DNA of 48,154 nt, taken from the NCBI GenBank assembly GCA_039621445.1, contig CP154954.1, forward strand, positions 49,951,847-50,000,000, in the 5' to 3' direction. Within the stretch, counting starts at the first letter, position 1; each line of letters opens with the position of its first letter. A program made the position numbers and the translations under genes. The DNA comes from Euglena gracilis. Taxonomy: Eukaryota. Of the stretch, positions 11,071-24,330 are shown piece after piece. Below the pieces are notes generated by a model. It ran no database searches and was not told where the DNA came from. It saw only the letters and a program-made list of their open reading frames with translations.

Positions 11071-12664
11071 GCTGGGGGCTAAGGCTCCCGGGGGGGGGGG
11101 GGGGGGGGGGCGAACAGGCCAGTTGGAAAAAGGTGCTGGCTGGACCCCCCCCTCGGGGGTACAGTATGGAGGTACATGGGGTCCGGCTGGCTGGGATCTG
11201 GACCCAGTAGGAACCCAAAAAGCTGGGTTGGCATTTTTCAGTGAAGACCCAAAAAGCACCCAAAAATGCCACCTTGGCCAGTTTTGACTCCTTTTTCACA
11301 AATGTTCGGCGCTTTGTGCCATTTTTTTTGGAAATTCTAGGTGACAAGATTTCAGCAAGGGGGGCTTAGACTTGCCCCGGATGGATTGGGAGATATTCCG
11401 AATGAAAAAAAAGTCTGAACTCATTTTTCGACAAACTCAGTGATGAGAATTTACACCTGGGGGGGGGGGGCAGGATTGAAGGAAAGGCCTGGGGTCAACC
11501 TTGGGGGCCAAATTTGCATGTCAAGAATTTCGGTGGCCATGTGCAACAGGCCAAAGGCCAACCTTTGGGGGGGGGGCAAGTTTTCATGTCAGGGGGTCCA
11601 AGTGCACGGGGGGGGGGGGGGGTATTCACTTCATAAAGTGAAGTGAGATGGCAATAAGAGCAGGAACACCATCTTGGACGCCCTTATGAGCCCTGGCCAA
11701 AAGGCCCCGGGCAACTGTCGCGTGACAAATTGGGCAGCACGGAGGGGGGTGACAATTTCCCGGGGCGACTATTTGGCCGGCACAGAGGGGGGGGTGACAA
11801 TTGCCCGGGGGCGTCAATTGCCCGGGGGCGTCAATTGCCCACCCATGTAAGCCACATTTAAACCAAATGACCAAGAGCACCATCTGAAACACAAATGAAT
11901 GCAGGAAAAATGCAGCTATGGTCATGAAATTGTGCAGAGCGTTTTGGTATGCAAAATTTCTCAGCACGTTGTAGCGAAATAGACGATCAATCGAGTCGTG
12001 TTGGCAAAAGAAAATCAACAGTGCAATACTGCAAACGGGGGGTGACAAATTGGGCAGCACGGAAGGGGGTGACGATTTTCCGGGGTGACAAATTAGCCAG
12101 CACAGCCAGGGGTGACAATTGCCCAAGGGCGTCAATTACCCGGGGGCGTCAATTGCCCGGGGGAGGGGGGGGGGCGGGTTGGCAGAACAGTGACCTGAGA
12201 CAACACTTGATGCCAAAGAGGCCAAAATACTTCTTGTTGCAGGTTTCTTTGTGTCAACCCCGGGGGGTTGGGCTCAGGGTTAGGGTTATGGTTAGGGCAT
12301 CCAAAAAAATATCCCAAAAAGTCCAGGCACAAATTTGATTCAGGCTTCTATTGGAGCAAAGCAGAGGAAGCACAGGTCCCTGCCACACAATCAAGGCTGC
12401 GGGCCAAAGATTTGTGGGTGTACGAGTGTCTGGGGCGGTGTGATCTGGGCAGGTCCGCAGGGGCTCGGGTTTGGACACCGGACTGTGAGGGTGGGATCAC
12501 AGATTCTCTTCGTGACTGGGGGGGGGGGTTCTCCCTGGGCCTGACAGGGCCCAAGCTCACCCAGCCAATTTTTTATTAAAAACCCATCAACCCCACCGGT
12601 GAGGCTAAACGTTGGGTGAATCTGTGGGTGGGACGCGACGTGGGTCACCTGCTGGGGTGGGGAC

Positions 12665-12941
12665 CATGCTTGTGCTTACCGACTGGGGGGTGAGGGGGCT
12701 GGGTGGGTGCTATAAGGTGCCTGCTCCTACCAGGCACACCCCCAGGGGGGTCTGGGGGGGACCCAGAAATTTTTAAATAAAAAAAGCCCTTTTCCGGGGT
12801 CGGAGGGGGGTGCCTGCCTTATGGGCAGGCACCCCCCAAAACCCCACCCCGCCCGGGGGGGGGTTGGATCGGGTGCTATGGGGTGCCTGCCCCAAGCACC
12901 CCCCCCCCCGTGGGGTAGGCACCCGACTAAGCACAAGCCTG
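12665..12941. mobile_element. MITE, same family as 10504-10819
   Basis: Same TIRs and similar interior. TSD gtggggac / atggggac (7/8). Confidence 0.85.
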
Positions 12942-13578
12942 ATGGGGACCCCAGGGGGGACGAGACCGTAACGCCCCTTGCCGGGACGTTGAGCAGACGG
13001 GAGGAGGACCAGCGGGGGCCAACCACACCGCAGAGAGGGCTCCGCGCCTCTCAGCAATGCCAAGGGCGGGAGGGAGGGGGTCGCTCTGGGACGCGCAAGA
13101 GCAACGAGGGCAGGGGAGGGCACGGCAGGCGGGCAGGCAGACGCGGTGCCCGTCGGCACAGCGCGCCGCGTCGATAATTTACCTAAAAATGAGGTTTCAA
13201 ATGCGAGATTCAAGACGCATGTGAGACGCACTTTTGTTGAAGAAAGGTTTGCCCAGTGGACAGGTTGCCCACATCCCGGGACTGAGCTACACCTTCCATT
13301 TTTGCTGTTGGTTTCTTCAATGGATAAAAATCGGTTTTGCCACGTTTATCATCAGCAAAAGGCCATAATCCACTCCCTTTGGTGTGTTGTTCAAAGCAGG
13401 GGGGGGGGTACACTGCCTAACCTGAAGCAGTGACCCTCCTTACATAAAACTCTGGGAGGGTTGACCAGTTTGGGAAAATGGGCTTGAAATATGAAGAAAA
13501 TATCAAAAAAATCCAGTCAACGAAAGCACTTAAGGCACAAAGCAATGTTTCCGAACACACTCTGCGGTGTGTCTGGGC

Positions 13579-13647
13579 AAAAAAAAAAAAAAAAAACAAT
13601 AAAAAAAATAAAAAAAAAAAACAAAAAAAAAAAAAAAAAAAAAAAAA

Positions 13648-13684
<37 letters not shown>

Positions 13685-13691
13685 AAAAAAA
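13579..13691 (+). repeat. ~110-nt interrupted poly(A) tract
   Basis: Read directly from the sequence. Confidence 0.9.
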
Positions 13692-14246
13692 CCAGTCATT
13701 TACTCTGGGGAAACAACATCACTCAGGGTAATAAGTTGGGGGGGGGTCGGAAAAAATCCTTCACTTAAGTCCCCAAGTGTGTGCTGCTGGTGATACTGTG
13801 GTGGGGGTGGGGGGTGGAGGTTGAGGTTGATGGACAACAATGTGCCAACGTAAAAAAAAAATTTCTTTGGTTGGGAGCGCAACGGAGCAAGGGGTGTGGG
13901 CAATGACAACGGATCCAATTGTCGGCCGCCCTGACAAAGAAGCAACATTCGGATCACGTGGGGTAACAAGACCGAAAGGGGGAGTTGCAACAGCTGCACC
14001 AGGGTGGGGGGCAGTTGCAGCCTCCACTGCGGCAGAGGTGGACATGGACAAATGAATAGCAACACCGCCTGTCCAAAACACGCTCACCTTTGCTTCACAC
14101 ATATGCACCAAACAATTTTTTTACCGACACAGGGGGATGTCACTTCCACTCTTCCAAAAACCAGGCACTCACTTTTCTTTGGAAAACCAGTCAGTTAACT
14201 CCCCAATATTTTGGAATTTTTTTGAATTTTAGTTTTTTTGACCCTA

Positions 14247-14617
14247 CCCCCCCCCCCTATGATATGACCGTGTATGATATGACATATGTCGTATGCCCGT
14301 GTTCCTGCAACCTGTGACCGGGGGGGGTCATAATACCCCCATAACCTGCAAACTGTGACCGGGGGGGTCATAACACCCCCATAACCTGCAACCTGTGACC
14401 GGGGGGTGGTCGTAAATGAGGTGGTGGTGTTAAATTTTTCGCAACCTGCAACCTGTGACCGGGGGGTAGGGTGGTCATAACACCCCCATAACCTGCAACC
14501 TGTGACCGGGGGGTGGTCGTAAATGAGGTGGTGGTGTTAAATTTTTCGCAACCTGCAACCTGTGACCGGGGGGGGGTCGTAAATGAGGGGTGGTCGTACG
14601 ACTGGGGGGGGGGGGAA
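14247..14617. mobile_element. TA-flanked MITE with internal tandem expansion
   Basis: Repeated acctgcaacctgtgaccggggg units between C-run and G-run termini; same family as 32495-32753. Confidence 0.7.
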
Positions 14618-15414
14618 TATTAGATTTTTGCCCCCCCCCCTCCGAGATTCCCATACAAGCCCCCCCCACCCCCCCCCCCAGATTCACTGAAAACCAGTGC
14701 CGGTTTAGTCTTTTTCCTTTCATTTTTCACAATCTGTCTCACAGTGGGAGGAAGTGGGGGGTCCGGACCCCCGTTTCTTTGTCCGGGGGGTCCTGCCCGA
14801 GAAATGGCCATCTGAACTACCTGGGAATCAAAGGAAATGACTAGGGACCTAAAATAAAGCCCTGGAGACCCTCTAGCACCCCAGATAGGCCCCCAGTTCC
14901 AGCTGTGCACCTGGCCCTGGGTAGGGCCTATTTTGTACTGTTTTGGCCAGTTTCAACTTGGCCGATTTCGACCCCCCTCCTACCTCCAGTTTTCGGTCCC
15001 TGAACTCCTCGCCGTTGAGTGCAAGATTTCATATTGAGCCTCAACAGGGTCCTAAAAATACACACCCGGCGCGAAGCACCGGAAGATTTATTTTTGCCCC
15101 CGCAGAGGAGGAGGGGAGTGGGGGGAACCCTCTTCCGAAATTAGGGGGGTGGGGGACCCCCACCTACCACTTCACCCCCCAAGCAGGGGGGGGGCTACCA
15201 TGTCAGCGGAGCTCAACATACAACCCTGGGGGGGGGGGGGTCGGCCACTCTGGAATCCAAGGGAAAGTTGACCACAAATGCGAAAAAAAGCCAATTTTTT
15301 TCAGGGCCTTCAGCACTGAGCCAAAAATTTTCAGGGCCTTCGGCACTGGGTGGCACTGCAGTGGTTCTGACCCCCCCTGCCCACAGGGAAACGCCGTTGC
15401 CCATACCCAATGAG

Positions 15415-15592
15415 TACGACGCTGATCCACGCAGCAGAGCCTGGCAGGGATCGGGACAGCGATGGAACCGCCGGCTTAGGCTACGGCGGAATCCAACGCG
15501 GGCAGCCGGCCCCACAGGCCGACAGGCCCCTCTCCCGTCCCCCAAAGAGGGCAAACCACTGGCAGGGACCTCTTTGGCAGACCACGGAGGGA
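15415..15592 (-). other. Conserved downstream block (probable 3' UTR) of paralog B
   Basis: Homolog of 385-560. Confidence 0.55.
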
Positions 15593-15703
15593 AAGAGTTA
15601 ACACTTTTGGGAAATGCCAGCCAGGTCCCAGGGATGGCTGGAGGTAGTTGACCAGGGTCAGGGATGGGGGGGGGGTTACGGTGAGGGACTGCAGGGCGCC
15701 GCA

Positions 15704-15818
15704 AATCCTATTTGGGTGGTAAACCCTACAAAGGAATTTGGGTGGTAAAACCTACTAAGGAATTTGGGTGGTAAACCTTACTAAGGAATTTGGGTGGTAA
15801 ATCCTACTAAGGAATTTG
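15704..15818. repeat. 26-bp tandem repeat, about 4 units
   Basis: gggtggtaaa.cctactaaggaattt starts at 15714, 15740, 15766 and 15792, with no spacers. Confidence 0.9.
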
Positions 15819-17677
15819 ACCCCATCAGAAAACGGCACACGGGTATCCAGCAGTTCTTCTCGCATTTGGAAGTGTCCCCCCCGAAACCCCCCTGCAACCC
15901 GACCAGAGGCCAGGTTCGGGGGTTTGGGAATCCAACTTTTTCACGGGAGGCGGACGGAAGGCCATCCTATTGCTTCCAACAAAAATCAAAAAATGCAAAA
16001 AAAATGTGAATTATTGGCAGGGTTTAGGGGTCAAAGAAATATCCGGTGCTTCTCGCCAGTCACTGGGGGAAAAAACTCCACTAGCTGAAGGGGTTTTCTT
16101 CACTTAGGCGGCGCATCTCGCACTTAAGCCTTTTTTCTTTGTCGATGTGCACAAATGCGCACATCAACATTTTTTTTTACAAAAATGACAAGATATGACC
16201 CCAAGAACCCAAAAATGTCAGCAGGATGTGATGTGGTGCCTCAGGACACAGAGATGAAAGCAGGGACTTTGGCAAATAGGGTGCCTAAGAGCAGGTATCA
16301 CCACAGCACATGATGTACACAACACCCAGCAGATGAAACCCTACAATGGCTGTCTTATTAACTTAGGATATTGACTGAATGATTTGGTGAGGTATGCCCA
16401 AGCCTGGAGTGATACCCTGAAACTTGGCTGTGTGAGAAATTGCTGGATGTTTTCCTCTTGCTAAAACCTGGCAAAGGGGTCTTCCTTTTGAGGATGGGGT
16501 TCGATTTTCGCAGGATGGGGGGGGGGGGGCTTTGGGAGGGGGTTGGGCAATAGACTGACACGACAGATTGGAGCAAACACCATTCACCAGGGTTCCAGCC
16601 TCAGATTCAAGAGATCCCATGGGCAAAACCTGGGGTTAGACAATGAGGGGCAAAATCTTAGACACGCACTTCATAGCTCAGTATGAGTGAGTGTCATGAA
16701 TGGGACCGAAGGTCTGATGTCACATGAACATACTGATGCTAGTGTAATTGCACCTGTAAATCCCTACAAACAGAAGGAAACTATTTTGTGTACTCACAAC
16801 TCCTTGCCAGATAATTAGTGGGCAAGGAGGTGCATGCCGGTCTCCAGGTGGGCGGGGGGGGGGGGAGCAAAAAAAGGACGTCTCTGATGGGGGGGGGGGA
16901 AAAATGGAGCATGGCTTTTTTTATCAGTGATCAAGCGGAATGGGAGCACTGCTTTCGCTTTTGCCGAAGAAAAAAAATGGAGAACTGAAAATTGTTAGAG
17001 ACACCTGCAGTTGCAGTGCAGAGAGCAAACTGAACGATCCTTATGATGACAGGTTGGCGGATACCAACAGAACGGCGGGTTCATACTTGGCGGATTTATC
17101 GGGGCAGATGCCTTGCACCCCTGCCCCCCCCCCTATTGGTTGTGGTCCCAGGGGTTAGACACGTCCGAGACCAATGGGTAGCATGGAAGACCGTTAGGGT
17201 TTGGACTAGGGTTAGGATAAAGACGAAGGCTATTGGGCTGAAATTGGCTTTGCTTGAAGTCAAATATCGGCCTAAGTTTTTCTTCGCAGCATGACCCCAA
17301 TCCGAATCCTTTTCAAACGAGAATGGTAACCCAAACCCCAACCCCTGGCGTAACAGAATTTACCAAAAAAAAATGCCGACAAAACCACCATCAGGGTGCG
17401 GTTTTTTTTTGAAAAAAGTGGGCTCCCCCATGGGGGGTGGGCCAATAGTTTTATGGCTTCCGTTCTGGATTTGTCCTGTGGCATTCCAAATTCTGGTGTT
17501 TGGATTTTCAATGGGGTTGGCATTGTGGAATCAGGCTGGTGGTTGGCAAAACGCAATCAGCATTTTGGCATTAGGCAAACTGCGCCTCCGTCTCAACGCT
17601 CCTCCATCGTCGGTCCCGTTGTCAAGGCGTTCCTCCGCAACCTTGCATCAGAAGCAATTCTGGGGTTCGCCCGAGGA

Positions 17678-20600
17678 TCAGCTGGCAGCGACGTTCAGGC
17701 TGCGCAGCAAATCCAGGAGGGGGTGGGGGGCGAACAGCTGGGCGGAGGGGGCGGGGGCGGGGGGAGTCGGCAGGGAACAGCCCTGGAGGGCAGTGCGGGC
17801 TTGGGGGCAGCGACCCCGACGGCGTCATTGGGGATGGCCTGGATTGGGGGGGGGGGGTCAGGGTCTGTGGCAGTGCGCGTCTGTTTTGCGTGGCACCGTG
17901 TTGTTTTTGTCTGCGGTGGGTGGGTGGGTGGGTGGGTGGGTGTGTGTGTGTGTGTGTGTGTGCACGCGTGCGTGCGTGCGTGTATGCGTGCGTGCGTGCG
18001 TGCGCGCATGTTCTGCTGTGTTTATGTGTGCACGATGTTCGTGCGTGTGGCGGCATGAACCAAACTCGGGCAGAGGCCGAATTCGCACTTAAGGGTTTTT
18101 CCTTTAGGATGCGCGCAATTGCGCAAATGCACCATTTTTTTTTCCCCTGGGACCCTGTACCCTGACACCCGGAACACGATTTAAGAACCGTTACTCCCCT
18201 GTACTGGAGGGGATTAACTCCCAGTGGTCTGGTGTGCATGCTGCTTACCAGGTGACGTTAATAGGGCTGATGGTGAGACTTGTGCTGTTGTACATCAAAC
18301 GGGAGAGAGGCACACACCCCTTGTTACGACACTTGGAAATGGTGCTGACATGTTGGCTGAACTGGCTTGGATACTACCCACTCCTAAGGACACACTGAGT
18401 CTCATTTAATCACAACACCACAGACACACAGACTACGTGAGGCAGCCATCGCGCAACTGATGTGTGTTTGTGGGCGCATTTGCGCAAATAAAAACAATTG
18501 TGTTTGTGGGCGCATTTGCGCAAATAAAACGTACACCGATGATGTTAAAATGACGTGTTGGTGGGCGCAAATGCGCGCACCAACACATTTGGTGGTGCGC
18601 GCATTTGCGCAAATGCGCGCACCAACACAATTATGTTTGTGCGCGCAAATGTGCCCACCAGCATGTACTTTTACTTTCCATGTTAAAAGACACCAATGAG
18701 GACCATGACCCTACGAGGTTTAAAAATGTGATGGGCATGTTGGTGCGCGCAGTTGCGCAAATAAACATTATTACGTTTGTGCGCGCATTTGCGCAAATGC
18801 GCGCACAAACGTTTCATACACCGCTTCAAAATGATGTGTTTGTAGGACCCTTAGAGCACACAAACAAAATTGTGTTTACTTGTGCAAATGCGCGCATCAA
18901 AACACATGAGTTGTGCGACACCATCTCCTCCTTCGTGACAGCTGGCGAATGCAACTCCTCACGCCAACCAATGGTTTGCACTACGATTACATGGCGATGA
19001 AATTTGTGGCGCGAGGTAGTGTGGAGTGTTCACTGGAACATGACATTTGACTGGCCAAAATTTGCCTGCCTTACGTGTGTACATTTGCACTGCTGTTACC
19101 CGGCCCACACGACCTGTTGGTTTGGCGTCATCCGTTTGGCAGTTAAACGTAATGAATTAATGACATGCAAACGACCTGTGACTGTTGGACACCTTTTCTG
19201 CAACAGGACTGCGTTACAAGAAAACAAAATTTGGCACCTGAAATGCCCGGGACGTGTCCGGCCGTAGTCCGTTTTCAGGTTTTCTTTGCCATTTCTTCCT
19301 TGAAAAACGTAAAAACACCGGTTTTTGCGCATAATTTGGGGGGAGTGGGTCCCACCGCTTTGATGCACCCAATCCAGGGGTAAAGCTTCAACACTTCCTT
19401 GCATCCAAAGTAACAGGTGAGGGCTATCTCTCTCCGGCTGCCGGTTGCCATGCACTGGCACCACGTCGTCCCCCAGTCTTACACCCCGGTTGCGGGGTAT
19501 AACGCGGTCGCTGTGGTGGGTGTCGTTGCACTGGGGACGTTGATGCCGGTCTGATGGGTGCTGAAGCATCAGCAGCTGAAGCCCCATCAGCAGCGGAACC
19601 GAGGCCGCAGGTCAGCGACAGGGCCCTTGGGACCCAAAAGTTGGTGCCGGTGGAGGTGCACTGTTACTGGGTAGCTGCGCACTCACCTTCAGGAGATCCT
19701 ATGTCTCCATCCTTTGTGGGACCTGCCAATGGTCCAAAAATGGCACAATAACACCATGTACCAGAGGAGACAGTGTGGCCATTTGCTATCAACCCATTCA
19801 GAAGCCACTAAGGGTAGTTGCAGGAGGGCCAAATGAAATCGCTTTTTACTCCTCCATTGGTGGTTTATTTGCGCATTTGCGCGCATCACGTTGTTTTTGG
19901 GCGCAAATGCGCAAATAAAAACATAGTAAATTGTACTTTTTCTTCATGCAGTTTATTTGCACATTTGTGCCCACAAACAATGTGATGCGCGCAAATGCGC
20001 AAATAAACCACATCTGCGGCTGGTGTTTGACGGTTGTGTTTCCGTCACACCGTTCTTCTTTGTGTTTATAGACGCAAATGCGCGCACAAACACAATTATG
20101 TTTGTTTGTGCATTTGCGCAAATGCGGGCATAAAACATAATTTTTGTTTGTGCGCGCATTTGCGTTCATAAGCTTGCGCCGTCGACATAATTTGACAAGC
20201 GCACCAACTGGACGGCCCGTTGGTCTGCACACCCACGGCTCCTTTGTCAAGCCGTTTGGGTACCAAAGCCAAACCCTTGAAGGACATGTTTGTGTTTATG
20301 CGCGCAATTGCGCGCACCAACATAATTATGTTGGTGCGCGCATTTGCGCGCATAAACACAATCCTGTCCTTCCAGTGTTTGGCTTCTTCTGCAGGGTTCT
20401 TTGCCACACAGCTGGTTGTGCGCATCCCGGGTATAAGCCGGGTGGGAGACACCCATCCCCATTATTCCCTTCGTTCCCTGCGGACCCCGTTTCTTCCCCC
20501 CTGCGCTTCCCTTACCAACACCCCCCACTCACCTTCCTCTCACTGCGGCCCTCCTTCCGGCTTGGTCACACCACACCCACACCCCCCGGCGCCTCCTCCC

Positions 20601-23600
20601 TGCGCTTTAACAAACAGCCCAAAAACACCACACCAAGGCGCCGCAAGCAACGCAGTCCGACAAACACCCAGGACTCACACCGCCGGCAGCTCGGACACAC
20701 CCGGGACACAGCCGAAAGAAGCAACAGGGGCAGTAAAGGTCCCGTTCCTATGGTGCTTTTTTGCGTTTTTTTCCCTTTTGGCCGGCAAGGTCCCGGGGGT
20801 TTCGACGTACAAAGTCCATTTTGGTACCCCCCAAAAACACCATTTTTCGCCAAAGTCCCAGGGGTCTCCCAGCCAAAAACAGAATTTCGCTCGTTTTTTG
20901 CACTCTCTCGTCAACGTGTTTTCAAACCCCCCTGACCTTCACAGCCGAAACAAAGCAGAATCAAAAAAATCGTAAATTGCACAAATGCGCAAATAAAAAG
21001 AAAAAAGCTTAAGTGCGAATTCGGCCGCCTAAGAGGCATTAGATGCTGGGCAAGCCCTAGTCACAGAGTGGAGCAGTGTGAACCCCACCATGGGTTCACT
21101 GGGCTTGAAAGGTCCGCCTCCAGCGCCGCCAACGCTGGAGGGGCCGGGGCGGCACTCTCCGGGGGCGGTGCGGCAGGCAGGTCCTCAGTGGGGTCCCGGG
21201 GACGGGCTGGGGTGGTCCGCAGGCTGAACGGGAAGACGTGAGCTGGCGGGCAGAGCCAGGGCTTGACTGATAGGGGGGATCACTGCCAGGAAATAGGAGC
21301 GGGGGGGGGGGGAGCAACATGCAACCCTTGCGAATTAGGCTCCCCTGTCTTTTGGCAATGGTTGCTTCCAATGAGGGGTACATCTGCACAACATTTTTCA
21401 CATGTGTGAACTTTCATGCCGCAGTTGTCACCACACAAGGCCTCCACTGATCAACAAAGGAGTCACACACTTCCACAACATTCAAGAATATCAGCCATCC
21501 CTTCCGTCAACGCCTGGGCACCGCCCCGACCTGACCACCGGGTCCGCTGGCCAGGGCTCCCGGGGAGCGGCGGCCAACGGGGACCGGGCCAACGCCGGGC
21601 TGCCGAGGGCCTCCGGGGTTGGGGGGGACCCCGGCCGCTTGCTGGAGCCCCCCGAAGAGACCGGGTTCGGGGGCGCCCCCCTGCCATTGGCGGGCACCCA
21701 GCCCCCTGTGGCCGCCCAGTGAGCCAAGGGTCAGGATGGAAAGGCGGTGGCCAACGCCTTTCGGAACAGGCATCGACAACGCGGTGAACGTTAACGTGAT
21801 CCCAGGCTGACCTTGGACCGACGCATCGTCGCCTCATTGGGGACACCGAAAGGGAGGGGTGGGATGCAGGAGGGCGGAGAGGGGACCGGGGGCGGGCTCC
21901 GTGGGCTGGGTGACGACGTAGCGGGCAGGGGTGGTCCAGCAGTGCAAATGAACTTTCGGCCAGCAGACGGAAGTGGAACTGCAAAAGGGACCGCCCCATA
22001 GCCAAGAATCTTCAGACTCTTGGCATTTTGATGCTGTTGTCGGGATTTGTTCGGATTTGTCTGGATTGGTTGGGATTTGTCGGGGCTTGCCACCGGAGGT
22101 GCTTGCCCGTTGCCAAAAAAGAATAATAATTCCATTCTATTCACCTTCCCATCCTCAAACAGGCCATATGATCATAGAAACTGGCTGTGGGAAAGCTGGG
22201 CCTGGTGCAGGAAAAGACAGGAGGCTGGTGAACGATACCATCCTAATGATGGGGCCCCCCTGGCCGGGGTGCAGCTTGCTGCACTTCCCGCCGAACTTGC
22301 ACTGCCCCGTCATGGCCCACACTTCACACACCTGCCGGCCGGCCTGGGCCTGCACCGCCCCGGACAGCTGCCGGTAGTCCGAGAGGTCCGGGTGGGGGAA
22401 CCGGCACCGGGGAAACTGCCCCCGCCGACCCAAAACAAAAAATCCAGCTTTCCCAAAATGATAAAGAAATAAATATAATATAATTAACGATAAATGTATT
22501 TTTTTGACAGATCTTGGACATTTTGAGCAATTTTTTCGCCTTCTTGGCCAAGTTTTGCCACAACGACCATTATTCAGCATCCTTCAACCTGTTTGACCTT
22601 TTTCGGGTCTACCGCAAAAGCGGAATCCCAACTTTTAGGTTGCCTCCGCGGAGACTCCAGGTAACCAGCCTCCATAGAGGCTCAAGGTAACCAGCCTCCT
22701 CGGAGCCATCATCAACTCCAGCATCCTCAGAATAATTACATCAAGGAAAACATGACATTGAAACAAAAAAATGTGAGCATTGTGGGAGACTGGAAATCCT
22801 TTGATGACCTAAACTGATCCGAAAACTTGGTCAAAAAGACAACAAAAATCCGAAATGAAAAAGCAACAAAAACAGACCAAAATAATTTGTGTGACCCACA
22901 CTATTCCAAAAGGATGACCAAGAATGATGAAAGTAGCTCCAAAGAAATCGCTCACATTGGAGCAAAATAGCCCGAGTTGGCTTGGGGGGCATGGTCAAGG
23001 TGGCAGGGTGGGCGTGGGGTGGGATACTTGTGCGGGGGGAGGGTCGGACCATAGGGGGAGAGGGTCGGACCATACAATTGCTTACCAACCCCCCCGGGGG
23101 GGGGGGGGGGAGGGGGGTCACTCCACTTTTTTTAAAAACCAGTCAGTCACTCATTTTCAAAAAACCAGCCAGTCACTACCCCCCCCGGGGGGGGGGGGGG
23201 TCGGCCACTCAGAAAAACGGCCACTTTCCAGTCACTTTAGGCCATTTTAGGCCAAAAAAATTTTCCGGCGCCTTCGGCGCCGGGGTCACTCAAGCCACTT
23301 TTGCCCACTCCTGGCCGACCCCCCCGGGGGGGGGGGGGGGGGTCCGGGCCAAAAACAAGTCAGTCACTCTGAAAAAACCAGTCACCCCCCCCGGGGGGGG
23401 GGGGGGGCGGTCAGTGCTTAAGCAATTGCCTGGGTCGGACCCCCTCCGTCTGCAAAAAAAAAATACGGAGCAAAGTGCAAAGTGGCGGGAATTTTTTGCC
23501 CCCCCCCCTCGGGGTCCAATGGATGGGAGGACTGGGACCCCCCATCCCACCCCATCCCGTTCGGGAACCCCCAAAGTTTTTTCCGGCCCTTTGTACCAGG

Positions 23601-24297
23601 GAAGGTCAACAATTTTGGTACATGATTTGACCGATTTTTCGAAAAAGAAAGTGGGCAAAAAAGAAATTTGCAGAAGAAATCCCCTGCAGCCGAAATAGCT
23701 TCAGCTACAAAATAGGTGAGGCCGTTGGCCCCAGACCAGTCAGTGTTTGAGCGGCATCAAGGGGATGTCCTTAGTTACGAAACATCCCTGAAGTACTCCC
23801 CCGACCCCAGGGGGGAGGGGGGTCACTCCACTTTTCAAAAAATCAGCACTTTTTTTGGGAAACCAGTCAGCCACCACCACCCCTGGGGGGGGGGGGGGCG
23901 GCCATTCTGGAATCCAAAGGAAATTTGACCAAAAACATGACAAAAAGGGCCCAAAAAATTGTTTAGTGGTTTTTTGCCGACCCCCCCCCCCGGGGAGGGG
24001 GTCCAGGCCAATCAGCCACTCCGAAAACCAGTCAGTCACTCTGAAAAAACCTGGGGGGGGGGGTCGACTCAGCGATTGTCTGGCCTGGGGAACCGCACCA
24101 CACCAGGTGGGGGCAGGCCGGCGTCGCACGCAGCGGCCCTTCAGGTAATCGAGGCACACGCGGCGGTTCTCCGCCTTGTCCTCCACCTCCTGCCGCGGCT
24201 TCGCGTCCCTCAGCCCGGACGGCTGGCGGCCGGCATCGGACGGCCCATTGCCATCCAGGTGGATGAGGGAAGTCGCGGGGTAGGCTGGGATGCGCAT
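17678..24297 (-). CDS. Tandem CCCH zinc-finger protein, paralog B (about 286 aa, 6 coding exons)
   Basis: Exons: 24120-24297, 22266-22408, ~21843-21920, ~21520-21709, 21105-21251, 17678-17802. Product: MRIPAYPATS...KAENRRVCLDYLKGRCVRRRCRFPHPDLSDYRQ...CEVWAMTGQCKFGGKCSKLHPYVVT...HPLLDLLRSLNVAAS*. The zinc-finger region is identical in protein to paralog A. The exon 3/4 junction is tentative. Confidence 0.85.
18075..21029. mobile_element. ~2.95-kb TIR element (possibly PIF/Harbinger-like) inside the last intron of paralog B
   Basis: Perfect 19-bp inverted repeat ggccgaattcgcacttaag at 18075-18093 and 21008-21026. The right end reads ...cggccgcc|taa. Many internal atttgcgcaaat-like palindromes. 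A related terminus tta|ggcggcg...cgcacttaag lies at ~16104-16140. Confidence 0.65.
23071..23432. mobile_element. MITE with 8-bp TSD (aaaaccagtcagtcac family)
   Basis: TIR catacaattgctta / taagcaattgcctg. Perfect TSD ggtcggac at 23063-23070 and 23433-23440. Related sequence at 31049-31371, ~23790-24082, ~15217-15380 and ~38620-38945. Confidence 0.85.
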
Positions 24298-24330
24298 GAC
24301 TGCGGAGGACCTGTGAGGTGGGGTGGGGGC
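24298..24330 (-). promoter_or_regulatory. Putative trans-splice acceptor(s), paralog B
   Basis: Minus strand reads cccaccccacctcacAG|gtcctccgcAG|tcATG, giving two candidate AGs. Confidence 0.5.

Noticed and set aside
13417-13793. Poly-Lys and poly-Phe ORFs
   Set aside because: They are translations of the poly(A) tract.
14290-14610. Repeat-spacer-like pattern of acctgcaacctgtgacc
   Set aside because: The intervening segments are themselves repeated; this is the internal expansion of a TA-flanked MITE found elsewhere in the window.
15704-15818. CRISPR-like short repeats
   Set aside because: The 26-bp units are head-to-tail with no unique spacers, no cas genes are present, and the context is eukaryotic.
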